44,872 bases of DNA from a virus (Duplodnaviria; Caudoviricetes): positions 1-44,872 of IMG/VR virus record IMGVR_UViG_3300027753_000027. One strand, 5' to 3'. Positions 17,688-27,600 of this stretch are shown here, piece by piece. The position numbers were made by a program, and so were the translations under genes. The notes beneath the pieces are model-generated. The model was not told the DNA's origin. It ran no database searches and saw only the letters and a program-made list of their open reading frames with translations. Position 1 is the stretch's first letter; every line of letters starts with the position of its first letter.

Positions 17688-19247
17688 ATGGGTAAAAGTA
17701 GTGCGCAGGCACCGGGTGATACGACTCAACGCCAGACTAATCTACCTGAGTACGCTGATCCGTACTTCCGCAGGTTGCTTCAGGGTGCCGAGGACACGCT
17801 TGCTCCGTTTCAGGATGACCTAAGTAGTCCAATATATGATGACGCTGGAAATATTACTGGGTTTGGTCAGAAGTCTACCTACCAACCCTATTCTGGCGAG
17901 CGCCTAACATCATCCTCAGATTACGGCGACATTCAAGCGTCTCGTGCCATGACGCGAGGTATTGCTCAGTCTGGTATACAGGGTATGCCGGAAGCCATGG
18001 ACGCACAGCGCGAGGCCATGGACCTATCTCGCTTCGGTGTCGGACTGCAAGATGAAGCCGCCAACGCACAACGATTAGGTATGGCAGAAGCTATTACAGG
18101 TGCTGGGTATACTGAAGATAGCATCAACCGCCTTCGCGACATTGGACAGTACGCACCGGGGACGTTCTCTTCTTTTGACCCAACACAATTCGGGGGTTTT
18201 CAGTCTTCTGATTTCGATCCTTATTCTCGTTTCCGCCAAGCCAACTACAACGAATACGACTTTCAGCAACCAGATATGTTTACTGGTCAAGCGGTTCAAA
18301 ACTACATGTCTCCGTATATGCAGAATGTTGTTGATGTTCAGAAGCAGCAAGCGCAGTTAGACTTTGATCGCCAACAAGCAGGGCGCGATGCTTCGGCGGT
18401 GCAAGCTGGTGCCTTCGGTGGATCACGGCAAGCAGTCGGAGACTATCTGGCACAGGAAGGCCTTAGCCGTCAGATGGGTGACATTCAAGCTTCAGGACAG
18501 CAACAAGCTTACCAGCAAGCGGCTACTCAATTCGGCGCGGATCGTGCGGCTCAGATGGACATGGAGCGTCTGCGTGGCTCTGAGTTGGCCCGTATACAAG
18601 CAGGTCGTGCAGGTGAGCTTGGTAGGGTGCAGACTGGTGAGGCCACTGATTTGGCTAGAATACAAGCAGGCCGTGCCGCTGAGGCTGGTAGGGTTCAACA
18701 AGGGCAATACTCAGACCTATCTCGCATGGACGCATTGAGAGCATCAGAATTGGCTCGTATACAGCAGGCAATGGAACAATCTCGCCAGTTCGGCGCAGGT
18801 CAGTCCCTTGCAGCAGAGCAGGCCGCTATGTCTGGAGCGGGGCAACTAAGTACTATAGGCCAAGGTATTGGTGGCTTAGGTATGAACATTGGTAGGACTG
18901 GCCTGAATTACGGTCAGTTGGCATCAAACATAGGCGCATTTGGTCAGAACCTTGCAGGGTTGGGCCAGCAACAACGTGCCGCTGATATTCAGGGCGCACA
19001 GCTACTTGAGACTATCGGTCGTGATATCCGTGCAGAGGATCAAGCGCGTCTCGACATGTCCTACGAAGACTTCGCCCGTCAACGAGATTATCCGATGCAG
19101 CAATATCAGCGGATGGCGAGCATCTTACAAGGTGTTCCAGTGACGCCGAATGTAGAGGAACAGCGGATGGTTTCTTATAATCCTCTGCAACAGGCACTAG
19201 GTGCAGGTATTTCGGGGCTTGGTCTTTATAAGGGTCTGACATCATGA
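17688..19247 (+). CDS. DNA ejection / pilot protein
   Basis: 519 aa, Q/A/G-rich. YMSPYMQNV and AGAFGGSR motifs, 11-residue repeats, C-terminal hydrophobic helix. Confidence 0.7.
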   Translation: MGKSSAQAPGDTTQRQTNLPEYADPYFRRLLQGAEDTLAPFQDDLSSPIYDDAGNITGFGQKSTYQPYSGERLTSSSDYGDIQASRAMTRGIAQSGIQGMPEAMDAQREAMDLSRFGVGLQDEAANAQRLGMAEAITGAGYTEDSINRLRDIGQYAPGTFSSFDPTQFGGFQSSDFDPYSRFRQANYNEYDFQQPDMFTGQAVQNYMSPYMQNVVDVQKQQAQLDFDRQQAGRDASAVQAGAFGGSRQAVGDYLAQEGLSRQMGDIQASGQQQAYQQAATQFGADRAAQMDMERLRGSELARIQAGRAGELGRVQTGEATDLARIQAGRAAEAGRVQQGQYSDLSRMDALRASELARIQQAMEQSRQFGAGQSLAAEQAAMSGAGQLSTIGQGIGGLGMNIGRTGLNYGQLASNIGAFGQNLAGLGQQQRAADIQGAQLLETIGRDIRAEDQARLDMSYEDFARQRDYPMQQYQRMASILQGVPVTPNVEEQRMVSYNPLQQALGAGISGLGLYKGLTS

Positions 19248-21646
19248 ACATAATCGACATCCAAGACGATCTAAAGAACCTGCCGGAGCAAGCTCTGATG
19301 CAGGAGATGCAGCAGCCCACTGGCAGCGCACCACAGTTTCTTGTCTTGGGTGAGTTGAAGCGCCGCAAGCAGATGCGCGATGACTACAATCGCCAGCAGA
19401 ACTCTGATATGAAGACTGTCGCTGAAGAGGTAGTGACTGCAGCGGGAGCGCCACAAGAGGGCATCATGCAGATGGCTCGTTCGTTGAATCCCAATACCAA
19501 CATGGCGCAGGACACAGGTCTGGCCCAAGCTGCACCTGTAACTCCGACACAAGCACCACAACCACAGGCACCTCAGATGATGTCGGGCGGTGGCATTCTG
19601 CGGATGGCTAGGGGTGGACGATTTGGGACAGATATTTTGTACAATTACAAAACTTTCCTACAAGAAAATAATCTAAACGATACACCTTATGCACAAGATA
19701 TGTTTGCCCGTTTAAAAGAAACGATGGACAATAAGTACGCCACCGAAGGGCCAAATAACAATCCAAGAATATACGACAACGCAATAGGCTTTGAAAGAAG
19801 CCCAGAAGGACTAGGTTCAGTTAGCTCTGACGTATCTGATTTCATGCCTAACTCTGGTGAGTTTACTCGCCCTGAATCATCACTTTCGCCTCAAATTCTG
19901 AATGAGCTTTCAGTAGAACCAGACGCAGAATTTATTAGGCAGACTTCACCTGCTGAACCAATGTCTATTTTAGATCAGTTGCGTAGCAGTGTGTACTCGA
20001 ACAACCCGCTTGAAAATGCCTTGGCTGGTACGGGTCTTGACTCTAATGTTATCGGAACTTCGGTCATTGATCCTATTATGAATAGAATTGACGAAGCCGT
20101 TTCCCGTGAGGGTATGCCGTCTCAAACGGCGGCGGACATTGCCAACGAAATGGCTCTGCGCAATCGTGAGATGGCATCTGAAAACGCAGGTAGATTGACT
20201 GTTGAAGAACTTTTGGCACCTGCTCCTGAAGCATATGACGCAACAGACAAAAGACCTAGGGCGCAAGGTATTGCATCGTTCGGAATGTTTGATCCTCTTG
20301 TGGATCGGATTAACGAAATTCGTTCCGAGGACGCTGCAAGAAACGCAGCGGCTGAAGCTGGCGATTTAAGTGCCTTTTTGGGTGTAGGCTCAGAAGCAGT
20401 GGATCGAGACCGTGAGTTAGACCCTACGCCAAGTTCCACAAGTGGAGGTGCCGATAAACCCGAGAGCGTCATAGCAGCAGATACAAGTATTGATTATAGC
20501 AATCTACCAATAGCTACACTTAATAGACTTGCAGATGAAGGAGATGATTCCGCTATAAATCAACTCAGATTGAACGAAATTAGTGGTTTGCAAACGCAAA
20601 GCGATATCAGCACTGGTCGAGATGATCTCTATATGGACAGCATTATGCGGGGGACTCTTGGTCAGGGTCGTTCTGATGCAGCATACGCGGCTTCTCTTTA
20701 CAATCCATCTGATATATCTAACGCTCAAGATACTATTACTAGTCTTGAGGAATATTTAAGATTAAACCCCGGTAACCCACAGGCTGAAGCTCAGTTGGCG
20801 CAGGCAAAAGATCAATTGATTGAGGCTCAAACTTCTAAAGAAACATCAATAGCACTTCAAGACATTGCGCCATCCACAACACCTCGTCGTTCTGAGTTTC
20901 AAGTATTCGACGCAACAGTGGCGGACGTTGAAGCAGTTGATGCTGAAGATGCCACTGATGGCGGACCTAACTTAGTCATTCAAGACGAAGTAATTCCAAC
21001 CTCTGAATCTGAGAAAAGAAGAGAAACCGCAGAAGATGGCGGGGGGATAACCTCATTAAACCCTGTAGTCTCTGATGATAAAGATTCAGGCGGATCAAGC
21101 ACTTCGTCTGGTGGAGCATACGGCTCTATAGAATCTCGCATAGCCAAAATGCTTTCGGATCGTGAGAGCAGTGCCGAGGCTGATAAGTGGATGGCGCTGG
21201 CTCAAACAGGTATGGCCCTTATGGCTTCCAAGAGTCCAACATTCGGTGGTGCGCTGGGCGAGGCAGGTCTTGCAGGGGTTGGTGCTTTACAGAAGTCCCG
21301 CAAAGCGTATGACTCCGACATCATGAGCTTGCTTGGTATGCAGCAGAAGATACAATCAGCCAAGTCTTTGGATGCCTCTAGGGCAGCCAATTCAACTACT
21401 GGCGGCAGCAAGGCACTAAACACAATGATAGATAACGCTCAAGCGGAATTAAATAGTCTAATGACAGAGGCACGATCTTATAGAAGCGTTGTTCGGGGCG
21501 ATCCCGGCCTTGGAACAGTTGACAGAGTAATAGAGCAAATACCGGAAAAATTGGTAGGTGATATTGATACAGCACGGGAGAGACTTGCTACGCTTCAAAG
21601 GATATCAATAGGCGGTGGCGGCGCTCAGTTCGACGCAACTCAATAA
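19244..21646 (+). CDS. Internal virion / ejection protein
   Basis: 800 aa. Acidic central region and W.ALAQ.G.ALMAS.SP.FGGALG amphipathic segment. Confidence 0.65.
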   Translation: MNIIDIQDDLKNLPEQALMQEMQQPTGSAPQFLVLGELKRRKQMRDDYNRQQNSDMKTVAEEVVTAAGAPQEGIMQMARSLNPNTNMAQDTGLAQAAPVTPTQAPQPQAPQMMSGGGILRMARGGRFGTDILYNYKTFLQENNLNDTPYAQDMFARLKETMDNKYATEGPNNNPRIYDNAIGFERSPEGLGSVSSDVSDFMPNSGEFTRPESSLSPQILNELSVEPDAEFIRQTSPAEPMSILDQLRSSVYSNNPLENALAGTGLDSNVIGTSVIDPIMNRIDEAVSREGMPSQTAADIANEMALRNREMASENAGRLTVEELLAPAPEAYDATDKRPRAQGIASFGMFDPLVDRINEIRSEDAARNAAAEAGDLSAFLGVGSEAVDRDRELDPTPSSTSGGADKPESVIAADTSIDYSNLPIATLNRLADEGDDSAINQLRLNEISGLQTQSDISTGRDDLYMDSIMRGTLGQGRSDAAYAASLYNPSDISNAQDTITSLEEYLRLNPGNPQAEAQLAQAKDQLIEAQTSKETSIALQDIAPSTTPRRSEFQVFDATVADVEAVDAEDATDGGPNLVIQDEVIPTSESEKRRETAEDGGGITSLNPVVSDDKDSGGSSTSSGGAYGSIESRIAKMLSDRESSAEADKWMALAQTGMALMASKSPTFGGALGEAGLAGVGALQKSRKAYDSDIMSLLGMQQKIQSAKSLDASRAANSTTGGSKALNTMIDNAQAELNSLMTEARSYRSVVRGDPGLGTVDRVIEQIPEKLVGDIDTARERLATLQRISIGGGGAQFDATQ

Positions 21647-21660
21647 ATTAGGAGTGCATT

Positions 21661-24600
21661 ATGGGTATTGTATCCGTAAAAGGACCGCAGTTTGGACAGT
21701 TTTACAGCGTAAATATTTCGGGCGACACTCCAAGTCCTGAAGAGCAATCTCGTATAAATCAATTCGTAGGACAGCAAGAGGCTTTAATTGCTCAACGGGC
21801 AGAGGGTCGTTACGCGCCATCTCAACAAGATCAGGTGGAAGAGGCTGTAGAACCAGAACCGAAAGGTGGATTTGGTACAGCGGTTGGTCTTGGGTTTGAT
21901 GCCCTTCAGAAAGCATACGGCTCAACTCTAGAGGGCATAGGCTCCATCTCTGGCCTGCAGGGTCTTCAAGACTTCGGTAGTTCTGTAGTAGAGACCAATG
22001 AACAGCAGATAGCAGAGAAGGCACAGGCGCTAACAAAGCGTGAAGAGATAGACACTGTTGGTGAGACTGCTTCTTTCTTTTTCGAGACACTTGGTCAGCA
22101 AGTACCACAGCTTGGTGTAAGTCTAGGTGGTGCGGCAGCAGGTGCCGCAGTTGCAGCGCCTATACCAATACCCGGTGCTAGGGTAGCGGGTGCCTTGATC
22201 GGTGGCTTTGCTGCGAACATTCCTTACTTCTATGGTGATAACCGTGAAGCGCAGAAAGAAGCAATTGATCGCGGCCTTCGCACAGAGATGAACGAAGGCA
22301 CAGCCTTTCTGTCAGCGTTACCACAGGCGGCACTTGACTCTATTGTGGACAGGTTGCTGATCGGTAAAGTACTGAACCCAGCGGTCATTCGGTCTGGTGG
22401 TGTTTTCACCCGCGCTGCCAAAGGCGTGGGCGCAGGTACTGTCGCTGAAGTTCCTACAGAGATAGGCCAAGAGGTTATAAACAGATATCAAGCTGGCCTA
22501 CCTATTGATGACGCCGAGGCCATGAAGGTCTATGAGGACGTTGCGATAGCTGCAGGTATTACTGGTGGTACTGTAAGAGGTACTACCAATGTAATAGGTG
22601 GAGACATACGCAAGGAGAAAGCGGCTCAGGAAGAACAGGAAAAGTTTGCGGAACTTCAGGAAGATTTTGAAGAAGAGAGTGCAAGAACTCAAGAAACCAT
22701 AGCCAGAATAAACGAATCAGAGCTGCGTGAAAACGAAGACATTACTGTTGAACCCACAATAGAGGTGGAGCCACAGGAAATGTTGGCACTACCTGCGCCT
22801 AGTCCTGAAGAAAATGACAGGCTAACTCCTGAACAAGAGATAGTAACTTTAGGTAAAGCCGCTCGTGAAGCAACGCTACCCTTCAACTCAGTGCCTATGT
22901 CTGAGCTTCCTTTGGGAGAGCGCCAGATCATACAGAACACCCGCAAGATTCAAGGTCTGGATGAACAGCAACCTGCGTCACTTGATGAGATACGCCGTAT
23001 CGTAGGTGAAGGGGCGGCAACCAGAGAAGCCACCAAACAGAAACCTGTGTCTGGCGGGACATCTAGGTTCCAACCTGTAGAGAATAAGACATTCACACAG
23101 GATCAATATGATCGTGCCGTGGAGGAGATAAAGTCTCGTAAGAAATACACTGAACCAGCTATACAGAAAGCAGTGAGGGATACGGGGGTTAAGAACGTAT
23201 CGCGTCAAGTTGCCAAAGACATCCGAGATGAGATGGTCAACCGTGGCATCCTGAGAAGAACACAAAAGGGCTATGACATAGAGCCTGATGTAGAAGCTGT
23301 ATCTGATGAGATCGCTTCCTACAGAAGTACTCTGTCCAATCTGAACAAAGATATATACGGCAATAGTTCAGTCAAGAGGAAGAAGGGCGAGTCAACTAAT
23401 GATTTCGTTCAGCGCAAGACTGGCCTTGTCGGACTCAGTAAGAAGATTGATTTAGACGCTCGCCGCGCATTGGATCAAGAGAACGATAGAGCAAAGTTCT
23501 TGAGACTTACTACTGAAGCACAAGAGGTAAGGAATCAAATCTCTGAAGCACAGCAGGTCATAGCTGAAACAGAGGGTAGGATAAACAGCGGACCTCAGTC
23601 AGTTAATATCCCATCAACTGAAAAGCCAAGGAGCATATTGCCGTCTGAGGTTCAGCAAGCGGGGACTACTGAGGGTCAAATAGATGCATTGCGTCAGTCC
23701 ATAAGCAACTATGATCGTGACATAAATTTACAGAAACAAAACTTAGCAAAGCTGAAGAAGCAGTCTAAGAAGGTGGCCCTTAACGAAGAGGTCAAAGGTC
23801 TCTTGTCTGAAATTGAATCGGACATAGAAACCAAAACGTATTTAAGAGATGCAGCTCAGGCAAGACTGACAGAGCCGTCCGCTCCAGTTCAAGTATCTTC
23901 TGAGCAATACTTGGCTAACAAGGCTCGTGAGATTGCAAACAGAGCGGTCAATACGACAAGAAAAGATTCGTTCGACGCCAAACGACAGCAAGTATTCAAT
24001 GCATTGCGTAAGCGCCTGAACAATCTAAATCTTCCAGACGTTAAGCTGACTGCTGAAAGGTTGGTTGCCCCTGAACTTCTTCAGCAAGAAAACCCTGAAC
24101 TTGCAGAAGGTGTGTTCGACTTCACGGCAGCCAACAAATTTCATAACACTCCTTCCAACAGGGTAATATCTCTGTCTATGGAGGTTGCTGACCCAAGTAA
24201 GTCAGCTCAAGAGCAGTTTGATATATTGAAGGGCGTCATGAACCATGAGGTTATCCACGCTCTTAAAAGTCTTGGACTGTTCTCTGATGCTGAGTGGTCA
24301 TCTCTCACTGGTGCAGTCAAGCAGCGCAAGTATGTGCAAATAAAAAACGGCCAGCCAGTCGAAAGAAAGTATACTTACCTTGATCGTGCGACAGCAATGT
24401 ATTCGGGCAAGTTAAATTATACTCCTGAATCTATAGAAGAAGAAGCTATAGCGGAGATGTTCCGTGATTATGCTGACGGTAAGATCAAGGTTATTGGTCG
24501 TCCCAAAACTCTGTTCGAGCGTATCAAGAACTTCTTCGGAGCTATCTTTAAGGCCAACCAAGATGTCGGCATCAACAGTGTCGAAGATATATTCAATGAT

Positions 24601-27600
24601 GTGAAGAGCGGTAACATTGGCAAGCGTGATCGTTTGCCTGAACCTGATGCAGAAGTAACTGAAGATGTAAATAGAAAGTCAATAAGAAACTTTGACCCTA
24701 AGCTCCCTGTAGCGCCACAGGATGCGAGAGCGCATAAGTTGCCATACGAGCTGCTAATACAAGGCAACGGCTCTCCAGCGGTCCTCCCAATCACTCAGGC
24801 CTATACCCCAGCCAATTCCAACAGAAATAATAGTTCAATTGAACAAATCATTGCGAACAACCCAGACGCTATGATGTCAGTAGAGGGTTGGATGAAGGCA
24901 ATGCAAGAAGGTTTGGGTGGTGATTACATCCCCGCCCCACCATTGGTTGCCATTAAGTACTCCCAAAACCCGCAGGCCATGGCAGACAAGCTGAATCAGC
25001 TAACGCCAGAACTGAAGAAGGGTGTTGATGAGGGATTTGAATTTGTTGACCAGATAAGAGGAATATACCAGAGCGGCGAGGCATCTCCTCGCATGACTAT
25101 GGACTTGTTCGTATGGGGCATCCTCTCTAGAGGCGCTGGTCCGGTGCAGCAAGAGGGTGCATTCATTGACATCATAGACAGTGCCTACCCAATTCTTGAG
25201 AAAGCAACGCGCGAACCACTGACGGATGATGACGTTGACAGATGGATGACTACTGTTTCATCGGTAATCCCAGAGGGTTCACCGGGTAAACAAGTTACTA
25301 TGAATGTAAATGCCGCAGCCAAACTGGTTAAGGCTATGTCTCAGTTGGTCGGTGACTCTAACCAAACAGTTATTGATGTCATTCATGAGGGCATGACTGA
25401 TCCTAACGTATCTGCTTCTGATATTCGGGAAGCATTCTTGTCAGGCACTAAGAGTGCTGGGATAGACAACAAAGTTCTGTCGTTCATTCTATTGGTTGGT
25501 GGCAAGGACGATGTTCTTGTGATGGATCGTATTCAGGGTCGGCACTTGTGGGATGACGGAAGGTACGGCGGTGCCAATATATACGATGGCATTGGGCCAA
25601 ACAAAGAAGGTCTTAATGGTATCTTCCGTGGGCCGAGAGGCATATTAACAACACGCCTTCTTGAAGATGGTATGAGGAAGAACGTACAAAAGGCTTACGA
25701 ACTTGCTGGGCGTCCAGAGGATGCAAGTCTAGGGCGTTGGCACTGGGAAACATGGGTCATAGAGGGTGAGCAAGTTGTAAACCACGGCACCCTTCAGGCT
25801 ATTATTAATGGGTCTCCTATCGGCACCTCCGTTACTGAGGGAAAGACTGATACATTCTCTTCAGGTATGACGTACATACGCGGACAGAACGCACCTGTTG
25901 TTCGGTATCCACTGTCTGATGGTGGGTTTGTCTACATGTCACCCACTAGAATGAAAGAGTTTGAAGCCTTTATAAAGAAGCCAAAGAATGGTATTATACC
26001 CAGAGACTTCAAGGTTACGGGTCGTGCTGACATACCTTGGTTTGAAAGAAAAGAAGTCAACCGAAATAAATTAGACGAAACGGCAAGGGAGTATGAAGAT
26101 GCGAAGCCCAATGGATCAATTCTTAGGAGCGATGAGAGGACTGGAGAACTCCAAGACGCCTCTCAGCGGGGAAACTCTCCCATCGACAGGAGATACAGCC
26201 TTGGATTCCTCGCAGACCCAAGTTTCCAATCTGTTCCGTCAGGAAGTGGAAGAGGACGGGATTCGTCAGGGAGCCTTGCGCCTCTTGAAGGTGCGCCAAC
26301 AGTCCAAGGCGCGACAGGCCCAGACGAAAAATTAGTAGCGGTAGCGGAGCAATATGCTCTTGATAACGGTATCGATCTAAGAAGACAGTCTGAGTTTGTT
26401 ATTCCCAATGTAGACCTTGCGACACGCATAGCCCAAGCATACGAAGAGATGGAGAATGCACCTGAAGACCCAGTGGTCAGAGAGGCATACGAAAACTTAG
26501 TAAGCCAAACTATAGATCAGTATCGTGCGTTGGAGGATGCAGGGTATAGGTTCTGGTTTACTGACCTGAATATACCAGACAATGTGGAATACCTGTCCAG
26601 CCCCTTCAATGCGATGAGGGATATTCGTGCCAATAAGACTATGGGTGTATTCCCTACAGATGAGGGATATGGTTCAGGTGAGGTAGACACAGAAACATCA
26701 TCCAACCCAATGATGATGGATACTGGAATAGAATGGCCGTCTGGATCGCTAGATGGACCAAAGAAAAAAGTTGTTGCAAACGATTTGTTCCGTGCAGTTC
26801 ATGATGCTTTCGGTCACGGCCTTGAAGGGTCTGGCTTCCGAGCCACAGGGGAAGAGAATGCATGGCAAGCACATGTGCGTTTGTTTACTGGCTCTGCCGT
26901 TGCAGCGATAACATCAGAGACAAGAGGTCAGAATAGCTGGCTTAACTTCGGCCCATATGGTGAGCAAAACAGAGACGCTAAAATAGAAGACACTATCTTT
27001 GCCGATCAGAAGATAGGTCTGATGCCATCCTTTACATGGGAAGAAGGCAGGGCTGGTAGTGTTGAGGCTGCAGTAGATGAAGATACTGATCAAACATCCA
27101 CTGCTGATGAGCTTCCCGCAGTAGATCGATCCGCTATAGAACAGCTTCTTTCTGGGCAAGACTTAACAACACAACGCAAATTCTCAGTCAGCCCATCCAA
27201 TGCAGATCAATTAGTTGCAGCTCCTGTAAAGAATAAGAATGGTTCATCCTCTCCTGTGTTCGGGTCTATGATAGACAGTAGAGGCACAAGAATACCCATA
27301 GTTCTACCAGCGGGTGAGCATAGACGCATTGAACAACGTGAAGGTGCCACTGAAGTTGGGCGTGGCCTGTACCACATTCAGCAACGCGGTCATGATCGTG
27401 AGCTTCTTCGGTTCTCTAATGGCAAGTACAATGTACTGAACGCTATGTATGACCTATTGAAAAGATGGGACAAACAGGGAAATGAAGATGGGGAAAATGT
27501 AATAAGCTATCCGAGTCAGGGTGGGATTGTTCTTGAATGGAGGAATGATATTCCCTTCAAGGCTCCACCCATGAAGCTGGTATTGAAGCCACGCAAGCTG

